Source: a virus. Taken from it: a stretch of DNA of 64,000 nucleotides. The number at the start of each line of letters is the position of its first letter. The first letter of the stretch is position 1. Of the stretch, positions 56,104 through 64,000 are shown one piece after another. The stretch spans positions 1-64,000 of IMG/VR virus record IMGVR_UViG_3300042502_001732; one strand, 5' to 3'. Made by a program: the position numbers and the translations under genes. The notes under the pieces are model-generated. The model worked only from the letters and a program-made list of their open reading frames with translations. It searched no databases and was not told the DNA's origin.

Positions 56104-58773
56104 ATGAGTATTCGTTACGGAAATAAAGTTGGACCGTTAGTCTCACGTAAGTCTTCTTTTTTTAAAAAGGATAGATTTGATCGACTGCGTATAAAACAAC
56201 CAACAGCAGCAGCAACTCCAGCCACACCGTCTCCATGGGTTCGTCCTGCTGATTGGTTGACAATGCCGACTATAATATCTTCAGAGCAAAAAATAGCTTT
56301 GTTGATGCCAGTGTTTCCGCAACAATCTAACTTTCTCGCTTTTACAATATCTGGAGCATATACAGTTGATTGGGGTGATGGTGTAACAGAAAATGTTGCA
56401 TCTGGTGTTAAAGCTCAACATGAATACTCTTATACCGACCCAGATTTAAATGCCACCGTTGCAAGTGATGGTTATAAAATGGCAGTTGTAGTCATTACTC
56501 CTCAAGCTGGTCAAAATATAACAAGTGTAAACTTTAACCAAAAGTATGCACAAGCAGGATCTACATTTCCCGATTCATCTCCTATATTAGAAATAGCTTT
56601 ATCTTGCCCAAGTTTAACAGGTTTAACTCTTGGTAATACAACCGCTTCTTTGGCTTTTTGTAAAAATTTAGTTAGTTTCACTGGAGTCAATATAGGATTA
56701 TTAACTGACTTATCTAGTTCATTTGCAAATTTAGTTTCATTAAAAAATGTATCTTTTAATGATCTTACTAATATTACTAATATGAGTAGTATGTTTCGGA
56801 GTTGCTCTTCTCTTACAACAGTACCGCTTTTTAATACAGAGAATGTTATTAATATGACTAGTATGTTTCAGAGTTGCACTGCTCTTACAAGCGTACCTCT
56901 GTTTAATACATCAGCTGTTACTAGTATGAGTGGTATGTTTAGTAGTTGCACTGCTCTTACAAGCGTACCTCTGTTTAATACATCAGCTGTTACTAGTATG
57001 AGTAGTATGTTTAATGGCTGCACTACTCTTACAACTGTACCGCTTTTTAATACAGGGGCCGTTACTAATATGGGTAGTATGTTTAATAGTTGTACTACTC
57101 TTACAACTGTACCGCTTTTTAATACAGGGGCCGTTACTAATATGGGTAGTATGTTTGCCTCTTGTTCCCGTCTTCAGACTGTACCATTATTTAACACGCA
57201 AAATGTTACTACTATGGGAGGTGCTTTTCCACCAAATGGAATGTTTTCTGGCTGTAGATCACTTATAACTGTACCACTATTCAATACAGTAGCTGTTACT
57301 GATATGGGTGGTATGTTTTTTAGTTGCTTTTCTCTTACAAGTGTACCGCTTTTTAATACAGTAGCTGTTACTAGGATGTCTTTTATGTTTGCTAGTTGTT
57401 CCTCACTTACAAGTGTACCACTATTCAATACAGCAGCTGTACAATTCATAAATAATATGTTTGCTAGTTGTTCCTCACTTACAACTGTACCACTATTCAA
57501 TACAGCAGCTGTTACTAATATGAATAGTATGTTTAATAGTTGCACTACTCTTACAACCGTACCGTTATTCAATACATCAGCTGCTACTGATATGGGTAGT
57601 ATGTTTTCTAGTTGCACTACTCTTACAACCGTACCGTTATTCAATACAGTAGCTGTTACTAGTATGAGTGGTATGTTTAGTAGTTGCACTGCTCTTACAA
57701 GCGTACCGTTATTCAATACAGTAGCTGTTACTAGTATGAGTAGTATGTTTAGTAGTTGCACTGCTCTTACAAGCGTACCTCTGTTTAATACATCAGCCGT
57801 ACAATTGATGAATAGTATGTTTAGTGGTTGCTCTTCTCTTACAAGTGTACCGTTATTCAATACAGCAGCTGTTACTAATATGAATAGTATGTTTTCTAAT
57901 TGCACTACTCTTACAAGTGTACCTCTGTTTAATACAGCAGCTGTTATTGATATGTCTAGTATGTTTAATGGTTGTACTTCTCTTACAACTGTACCACTGT
58001 TTAATACAGCAGCTGTTACTAGTATGAGTAATATGTTTAACGGTTGTACTTCTCTTACAACTGTACCGTTATTAATTTCAGGTGCTGGAACAAATACAGG
58101 AAAGTTTGGTGGTATTTTTGCAAGTTGTATATCACTTACAAGAGCAGCATTGAATGGTTCTGAATATTCAATAAGTTATAGTGGTTGTAAATTATCAAAA
58201 GAAGAATTAGAATCTATATTCAATTATCTAGACACAATAGGTGCTGCTTCTCAAACAATAACAGTATCAAATAATTGGGGAGCGCCGACACCTGTAACTC
58301 TTACAGGAACTACAACTGTTGGTAGCACAACAATAAGCATGGCAAACACCACTGGTATTGCTGTAGGTATGCAAATTACAGGAACAGGATCACCTCTTAC
58401 ATCAACTAGAGCAGTAACATTTACCGATGCAGGTGATTTAGTCAACCTTGCAAGTCATGGATTAAGTAATGGAGATGAAGTTTCTTTTGCAACTAGAGTA
58501 ACAACGACTGGTATTGTTATTAATACGATTTATTATGTAGTTAATGCTACGGCAGGTACATTTCAAGTAGCAGCAACTCTAGGTGGTCCAGCATTAGCAT
58601 TAACGACAAACGGTTCTGGAACCTTACGCTATCGTACACAGGTTGTATCAATTAACCCCAACGTAAGCATCACAGTATCACGACAAATGGCTGCGGGGGG
58701 TGCAAATAGTTTAACATTTAGACAATTAAGAACTGGAACAGCCCTATTAAAAGGCTGGGCAGTAACAGCATAA
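56104..58773 (+). CDS. BspA/DUF285-like leucine-rich-repeat surface (receptor-binding-like) protein
   Basis: W.RP.DW N-terminus, VDWGDG (PKD-like), ~18 x 22-aa M..MF..C..LT.VPLFNT..V repeats, HGL..GD.V C-terminal domain. Confidence 0.8.
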   Translation: MSIRYGNKVGPLVSRKSSFFKKDRFDRLRIKQPTAAATPATPSPWVRPADWLTMPTIISSEQKIALLMPVFPQQSNFLAFTISGAYTVDWGDGVTENVASGVKAQHEYSYTDPDLNATVASDGYKMAVVVITPQAGQNITSVNFNQKYAQAGSTFPDSSPILEIALSCPSLTGLTLGNTTASLAFCKNLVSFTGVNIGLLTDLSSSFANLVSLKNVSFNDLTNITNMSSMFRSCSSLTTVPLFNTENVINMTSMFQSCTALTSVPLFNTSAVTSMSGMFSSCTALTSVPLFNTSAVTSMSSMFNGCTTLTTVPLFNTGAVTNMGSMFNSCTTLTTVPLFNTGAVTNMGSMFASCSRLQTVPLFNTQNVTTMGGAFPPNGMFSGCRSLITVPLFNTVAVTDMGGMFFSCFSLTSVPLFNTVAVTRMSFMFASCSSLTSVPLFNTAAVQFINNMFASCSSLTTVPLFNTAAVTNMNSMFNSCTTLTTVPLFNTSAATDMGSMFSSCTTLTTVPLFNTVAVTSMSGMFSSCTALTSVPLFNTVAVTSMSSMFSSCTALTSVPLFNTSAVQLMNSMFSGCSSLTSVPLFNTAAVTNMNSMFSNCTTLTSVPLFNTAAVIDMSSMFNGCTSLTTVPLFNTAAVTSMSNMFNGCTSLTTVPLLISGAGTNTGKFGGIFASCISLTRAALNGSEYSISYSGCKLSKEELESIFNYLDTIGAASQTITVSNNWGAPTPVTLTGTTTVGSTTISMANTTGIAVGMQITGTGSPLTSTRAVTFTDAGDLVNLASHGLSNGDEVSFATRVTTTGIVINTIYYVVNATAGTFQVAATLGGPALALTTNGSGTLRYRTQVVSINPNVSITVSRQMAAGGANSLTFRQLRTGTALLKGWAVTA
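56782..58070 (+). repeat. 66-bp intragenic tandem repeats, about 18 units
   Basis: Recurring ...tcttacaa..gtacc..t.tt.aatac...gctgttact; several adjacent near-identical pairs. Confidence 0.9.
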
Positions 58774-58777
58774 TTTT

Positions 58778-58969
58778 ATGACATCAGGATTTTACAAAAA
58801 AGATAATGAGGAACTTTTCTATGCTCCAAACATAGTAGAAGGAAATGGGTTTGTGTTAGTAGCTCAAGACAAAGATCAATATGAATATCCAGTAGATGGA
58901 TGGTATTGGTTTGATAGTGAAGATGAAGCAGAAGAGGTTTTCAATATTTTTAATGAAAACAAAGTGTAA
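58778..58969 (+). CDS. Small protein (possible fibre chaperone/adaptor)
   Basis: GFYK...APN.V...YPVDGWYWFDSE; follows the LRR protein. Confidence 0.55.
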   Translation: MTSGFYKKDNEELFYAPNIVEGNGFVLVAQDKDQYEYPVDGWYWFDSEDEAEEVFNIFNENKV

Positions 58970-59014
58970 ATTAATAAAGATATTAATAATATTAGATTTT
59001 TTATAATAAAAAGA

Positions 59015-59020
59015 TAAATA
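59015..59020 (+). promoter_or_regulatory. Late promoter core TAAATA (gp21)
   Basis: 6 nt before ATG 59027. Confidence 0.65.
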
Positions 59021-59026
59021 ATTTAT

Positions 59027-59692
59027 ATGTTAAAATTAAGATTGATTGCGGAGAACCCAGACCTCTTAGAAAGATTTGAAATTGTTGAAGAACAAGACAA
59101 TTTAAAAAAAGGCAGCTCTTTATATGTAAAAGGTCCATTCATAGGATGTAATCAAGTTAATAAAAATCGTCGCATGTATAATTTAGATGAAACACGCGAA
59201 GAAGTTAATCGTTATATCAGTGAAATGGTAACTCCTGGCAGAGCTATGGGAGAACTCAATCATCCATCAAGTGCTGAAGTTAATCTTGAAAGAGCATGTC
59301 ATTTAGTCACTGAACTTTATGAAAGCGACAATGCTTTTTTCGGCAAAGCTAAAGTTTTATCTACACCAATGGGTCAAATTTTAAGAGCATTGATAAATGA
59401 TGGTGTTAAAGTTGGAATGTCCACAAGAGCATTGGGATCATTGCAAGAAGAATCATCATACAATCTTGTAAAAAACATGAAGCTCGTAGCTATTGATGCA
59501 GTAGCAGATCCATCATTTCCAAAAGCATTTGTTAATGGTATTTTAGAATCAAAACAATGGGTAGTTTCTGATAATGGCAAGTATGAAGAAATTTATGAAA
59601 ATTTTGAAAAATCAATAGGTAAATTACCTAAACATGATATGGGTTCTTATCTTAAAGATCAAATTTTAAAATTTATTAATTCACTTAGTTAA
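59027..59692 (+). CDS. 21: Prohead protease (gp21)
   Basis: NKNRRMY, GELNHP, GMSTRALG, DAVADPS. Confidence 0.95.
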   Translation: MLKLRLIAENPDLLERFEIVEEQDNLKKGSSLYVKGPFIGCNQVNKNRRMYNLDETREEVNRYISEMVTPGRAMGELNHPSSAEVNLERACHLVTELYESDNAFFGKAKVLSTPMGQILRALINDGVKVGMSTRALGSLQEESSYNLVKNMKLVAIDAVADPSFPKAFVNGILESKQWVVSDNGKYEEIYENFEKSIGKLPKHDMGSYLKDQILKFINSLS

Positions 59693-59700
59693 ATACTGTT

Positions 59701-60186
59701 ATGCCATTAAAAAAAGGATCATCAGATAAAACAATTTCCGCTAATATAGCAACGGAAATGAAATCTTATAAAAAGACTGGAAAGATCGGAACATCTAAAC
59801 CAAAGTCAGACAAAGCTGCTCAAAAGCAAGCAGTTGCTATTGCATACTCCAAAGCTGGTAAAAGCAAAAAGAAAAAAGAAAAACCAGAAGAAGATGCTGA
59901 ATCCGTTGTCAAGCAAATGAAAAAAAATAACGGAAAGATGTCATTTAAAGGTCCAAAAACAAAAGAACGTAAACATTCTGCACCTCCTGTTAAAGTACAT
60001 AAAACCAAGAAAGGTAAAGGATCTTACAACAGAAATCAAGAATTGCACGAAAATAATGACATTACTGCATTTATTAATTGTATTTTTGAAAAAAATTACA
60101 ACGCTGCGAATAAATATTTAACAGACGTTCTTAATTCAAAGATACAACAACGTATTGAGAATGAACTATCAACTCCCTTATTCTAA
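59701..60186 (+). CDS. Basic prohead-core-like protein: MPLKKG...QAVAIA module, ArfA-like KKGKGSYxR motif, gp67/68-like C-terminal helix
   Basis: Between gp21 and gp22; three compositionally distinct segments separated by EEDAE and LHE. Confidence 0.6.
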   Translation: MPLKKGSSDKTISANIATEMKSYKKTGKIGTSKPKSDKAAQKQAVAIAYSKAGKSKKKKEKPEEDAESVVKQMKKNNGKMSFKGPKTKERKHSAPPVKVHKTKKGKGSYNRNQELHENNDITAFINCIFEKNYNAANKYLTDVLNSKIQQRIENELSTPLF

Positions 60187-60189
60187 TTT

Positions 60190-61065
60190 ATGAAAATAAC
60201 AGATCTATTAAACGAAGAAGTCGTAAGCGTAATCGGTGAAGAATCACTAGTTGCAATTCAAGAAGCTTTTGAAAAGAAAGTTGAATTAACAACCGAAGCA
60301 GCGCTTATATCACAAGACGAAGTTTATGCTGAAAAACTTGATCAACTTATTCAAGCAATTGATAAAGATCATAGTACAAAGATGAAGAGAGTTGTAGAAG
60401 CTGTTGATGCTGACAGAACTCAAAAACTTCTTAAAGTTGTCAACAAATACGAAAGAGCGTTGAACGAAGATTCAGCTACTTTCAAAAAGCAAATGGTAGG
60501 TGCAGTTAGTGCATATCTTGATGAGTTTTTAGAAGAATCAATTTCAAAAGAAGATTTAGCAACTGCTGTTAAAAACAAAAGCGCATATAATGTTTTAGAA
60601 AAACTTCGCGGTGTTTTAGCTGTTGATTCAGTATTAATGAAAGAGTCTGTTCAAGAAGCTGTTCTTGACGGCAAGACTCAAATTGATAATCTTCAATCTG
60701 AAAATTCAGAATTGAAAAAGCAACTTTCATCATTGCAAGAAAGCTTCAACAATATTAGAGTCAATGCTTTAATTGAAGAGAAAATTTCCAATATGGAAAC
60801 TGAGAAAAAGTCTTTCATAAGAAAGACTCTCAAAGACAAATCATTCGATTTCGTTAATGAAAATTTTGATTATGTTTCTCGTCTTTTTGATAAAAAAGAA
60901 AAAGAAAAAATCAAATCAATCACCGAAGAAGCAAAACAAAAGAAAATGGATGTAGATTTCATTCCAGAATATCAGAAAGTTGTTTCAGAAAGTGTAAATA
61001 ATACAACCGATGATTCATACAACAGCTATGTTGAAGAATTATCAAAAGTTTTCGGTAAGAGATAA
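60190..61065 (+). CDS. 22: Prohead scaffolding protein (gp22)
   Basis: Acidic coiled coil, AFE..V, V..YLD, directly upstream of gp23. Confidence 0.85.
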   Translation: MKITDLLNEEVVSVIGEESLVAIQEAFEKKVELTTEAALISQDEVYAEKLDQLIQAIDKDHSTKMKRVVEAVDADRTQKLLKVVNKYERALNEDSATFKKQMVGAVSAYLDEFLEESISKEDLATAVKNKSAYNVLEKLRGVLAVDSVLMKESVQEAVLDGKTQIDNLQSENSELKKQLSSLQESFNNIRVNALIEEKISNMETEKKSFIRKTLKDKSFDFVNENFDYVSRLFDKKEKEKIKSITEEAKQKKMDVDFIPEYQKVVSESVNNTTDDSYNSYVEELSKVFGKR

Positions 61066-61129
61066 TTTTCACCAAGAACCATGAGGTCTTATGACCTGAA
61101 TATAGAAACAGAAAATATACGTAAAACAT

Positions 61130-62581
61130 ATGAAACCTAATTCCCCAGTTAACGAAAGCAGAACTGACGCTCTTGTAAAGAAGTGGTCAAAGGTTCTGGA
61201 TTATAGCAGCAATGCTATCCCAGCAATCCGCGACGAGCACACTTACAGAACTACAGCTATGCTTCTCGAAAACCAAGAACAATGGTGCATCCAAGAAGCG
61301 AATACTGGTACTGGTATCTTTGGCGCTACTGGCGCTCAAGGCCCATCAACCATTCCTAACACTGACGGTTATGCCGCTGGTGATAGTCGCCTTCCAAAGA
61401 TTCTCATTCCTATGATCCGCCGTACTTTTCCTGAGTTGATTTCCAACGAAATTGTTGGTGTTCAGCCAATGGGTGGTCCAGTTGGACTTGCTTTCGCCCT
61501 TCGTTATGCCTATCAGCAAGAGACTCTCGGTGCTGATGGTGTCGATGGTCGTGCATTTGATACTGCTAACCGCGCTAATGGCACTGCTTACCTTTCTGGT
61601 GCAGACGGCCTGAACGCTACCGAACTTGGTTATCAACTTCTTGACACACGATTCACAGGTACTTCTTCAAGTGCTCTCTCTGGTAACGGAGAGTGGACAT
61701 TTGCAGATGCAGACCGTGGTGTTGCAGAACTTCTTTCAAACTACGAACTGACAGGTAAAATCCCTCAGATCGAGATGAAGTTCGAAAAGACCGCTGTCGA
61801 AGCTGGAACTCGCAGACTTGCTACTCGCTGGTCTGTTGAGCTTGAGCAAGACCTTAAGAACATGCAAGGTATCGATATCGACGGTGAACTCACTAATGCT
61901 ATGTCATATGAGATTCAAGCCGAAATCGACCGTGAGGTTGTGATTCGTATGATTCAGTCCGCCATGAATGGTGGATTCGGGGCTGGTTACTCCTTCTGGA
62001 GCCCAGTAAGTTCAGACGGTCGTTGGACTGCAGAGCGTAATATCACTTTCTATCAAAAGCTACTCATCGAAGCTGGTCGTATGGCCGCTCGTAACCGTAG
62101 AGGCGCTGCTAACTTTGTTATCGCAACTCCTCGCGTTTGCACCATCCTTGAAATGCTTCCTGACTTCAAGACATTTGAAATCACTGGAAACGTTACAACC
62201 GCTGGTGTCGGAGTATCCAAGGTAGGAACTGTAGGAAGCCGCTTCACAGTATATCGTGATACACGTACCGAAGTACAAAATCAAACTCTCTATTCACCGA
62301 ACTACTATCGCAATAGTCCAAATTCTGGACAAGGCGTTGAGTATGCTCTTCTTGGATATAAGGGTTCTGAGTACTACGACACTGGTATCATCTATTGTCC
62401 TTACATTCCGATCATGGTTCAAAGAACCATCGGACCAAATGATTTCGCTCCTCGCGTTGGTCTCATGACCCGTTATGGAATCGTTAATAATATCTTTGGT
62501 GCGAATCTTTATTACCATCTGATCATTGTTAAAGGTCTTGGTGCAGCATTTACTCCTGGTACAGTTTCCACATACTTATAA
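61130..62581 (+). CDS. 23: Major capsid protein (gp23)
   Basis: KW..VL, LLENQ, RRTFPELI...IVGVQPM.GP.G, ELEQDL, EIDRE, YCPY, RYG. Confidence 0.97.
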   Translation: MKPNSPVNESRTDALVKKWSKVLDYSSNAIPAIRDEHTYRTTAMLLENQEQWCIQEANTGTGIFGATGAQGPSTIPNTDGYAAGDSRLPKILIPMIRRTFPELISNEIVGVQPMGGPVGLAFALRYAYQQETLGADGVDGRAFDTANRANGTAYLSGADGLNATELGYQLLDTRFTGTSSSALSGNGEWTFADADRGVAELLSNYELTGKIPQIEMKFEKTAVEAGTRRLATRWSVELEQDLKNMQGIDIDGELTNAMSYEIQAEIDREVVIRMIQSAMNGGFGAGYSFWSPVSSDGRWTAERNITFYQKLLIEAGRMAARNRRGAANFVIATPRVCTILEMLPDFKTFEITGNVTTAGVGVSKVGTVGSRFTVYRDTRTEVQNQTLYSPNYYRNSPNSGQGVEYALLGYKGSEYYDTGIIYCPYIPIMVQRTIGPNDFAPRVGLMTRYGIVNNIFGANLYYHLIIVKGLGAAFTPGTVSTYL

Positions 62582-62619
62582 TGTGAACTGACTGAAGTAA
62601 GTACTTCAAAAAGTCTATC

Positions 62620-62655
62620 AAACCATGGGGGCCGAAGACCCCATGGTTTCTTTTT
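62620..62655 (+). terminator. Rho-independent terminator after gp23
   Basis: AAACCATGGGG-loop-CCCCATGGTTT followed by CTTTTT. Confidence 0.9.
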
Positions 62656-62668
62656 ATATATTTAATAA

Positions 62669-62698
62669 TTGACAATATATTTGGATGTAATATAAATA
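62669..62698 (+). promoter_or_regulatory. Overlapping sigma70 (TTGACA) and late (TATAAATA) promoter
   Basis: TTGACA at 62669, TATAAATA at 62691-62698, ATG at 62704. Confidence 0.65.
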
Positions 62699-62703
62699 AT
62701 TAT

Positions 62704-64000
62704 ATGGATATAAAAACTATCATTCAAAAAGAATCTGATGAAAAGTACAATGGATCTTTTAGATTTTTCAAAGAACAAAACTTAAAAAAGTTGGTAAGTG
62801 AAAAGGGATTTAAATATATCAAATCTAAAATTTCTGAAGATTTACATTTTCCTATATCTTTAATGGTATATTGTTTTGTGAATGACATATACAAACATCC
62901 CACATGTGTCTGCGGAAATAAACAAAAATTCAACACTGCTAAAAAAGAATTTTCAAAATATTGTTCTAATAAATGTAGATATGAAAATTTTTCAGATATT
63001 ATATCTGTTAGACAGCAAACAAATTTAAAAAAGTACGGATCTACTAATGTATTAGCCAGTGAATATGGTAAGAAAAAAATATTAGAAACTAACTTATCAA
63101 AATACGGTGTTTCTAATTACACAAAAACTAAAGAATTTAAAGAAAAAGTTAAAGGTAAAAGTAATTTAACTTCCGATGGTAAGAAAATGTTAATTGAAAA
63201 AATAAAAAGAAAACATTACGATTCCATTTTTACAAAGTATACAAATTTTATTCCATTGTTTAAATTTGAAGAATATGATGGAGTAAAAGGATATAAAAAA
63301 TATCCATGGTTTTGTAAAACATGTAACTCTAATTTTATATCATCTTTTGATAATGGTTGTGCTCCTATATGTGATAATTGCAAACCTAAAGGAACAGATT
63401 TAGAAATATTCATTAAGAAGTTTTTGGATAAATATAAAATTGAATATATATTCAGATATAGAAAATTAGAATCTGGAAGAGAAATTGATTTTTACATACC
63501 TTCTAAGAATTTAGGAATAGAAACCAGCGGATTATATTGGCATTCAACTGCAAATAAAACATATTCAAAAAATGATCATATTTCTAAATTAGAAGAATGT
63601 GAACATCAAGGAATAAATTTAATAAATATTTTCGCTGATGAAATTTATAACAAACCTAAAATTGTAATTAATAGATTAAAAAGTAAATTAAGTCTTGTAA
63701 AAAGAAAAATACCAGCCAGAAAATGTCAAGTTGGAAAAATTAGTAATATTCAATGTGAACATTTTTTAAAAAAATATCACATACAAGGAAGTATCAAAAC
63801 AAATATTAAATATGGCTTGTTTTATAAAACTCGTTTAGTTGCAGTTATGACATTTAACAAAGGAAGATTAGCAACTGGTAACAAATCAATAAATGGAATT
63901 TTTGAGCTTGGTAGATATGCAACAATAGCCAATTTTAATATTGTTGGAGGTGCTGGTAAATTATTATCTTTTTTCAAAAATCAACACAGTCCAGAAAAAA
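62704..64000 (+). mobile_element. Hef-like/PD-(D/E)XK free-standing homing endonuclease (3' truncated; absent from the ORF track)
   Basis: Open frame from ATG 62704 to window end: CVCG..YCS..C, TNL.KYG repeats, EIDFYIP...GIE..GLYWHS, HIQG, VGGAGKL. Confidence 0.75.

Noticed and set aside
57174-57905. 243-aa minus-strand ORF
   Set aside because: Antisense shadow of the LRR repeats.
56782-58070. Regular 66-bp repeats as a CRISPR array or DGR template/variable region
   Set aside because: In-frame coding repeats without unique spacers; no cas or reverse transcriptase gene in the window; no non-coding template copy seen.
62724-63413. Two short minus-strand ORFs after gp23
   Set aside because: Antisense to the long plus-strand endonuclease frame starting at 62704.
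1-64000. Stop-codon reassignment
   Set aside because: Core genes are full length in code 11 with dense packing; read-through of the TAG at 33040 gives nothing meaningful.

Overview
AT-rich 64 kb segment of a large T4-like (gp23/gp20/gp43/gp55-type) myovirus genome; no tRNA, rRNA or CRISPR seen. Left to right: (i) 3' end of a repeat-built, Thr-tailed virion-type protein plus a GT2; (ii) a mostly minus-strand replication/recombination block (primase gp61, clamp gp45, SSB gp32, gp59-like loader, degenerate DHH protein, helicase gp41, UvsX, PolB gp43, gp46/47, late sigma gp55, UvsW, UvsY) with two embedded glycosyltransferases; (iii) a candidate origin and a cluster of small acidic late proteins with a retropepsin-like protease, then phoH; (iv) an ~11 kb glycan locus (GT2s, two GT11s, GT17, GT7C-like, methyltransferases, RfbH/DdhC-type dehydrase, epimerase); (v) gp62, a GroES-like protein and a DinG-like helicase; (vi) a rearranged morphogenesis block (gp15, propeller/serine-protease protein, portal, gp13, gp4, fibre-like and LRR-like proteins, gp21, gp22, gp23) and a truncated Hef-like endonuclease. 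Main hypotheses: a phage-encoded virion-glycosylation system with a recurrent L-[S/T]-[A/G/S] motif in exposed virion domains; window-wide leaderless transcription (TAAATA-N5-7-start and TTGACA-N16-TAnnnT-N5-7-start); an ArfA-like ribosome-rescue motif inside a prohead-core protein; a catalytically dead DHH protein. All family calls come from motif recognition by eye, not database searches.
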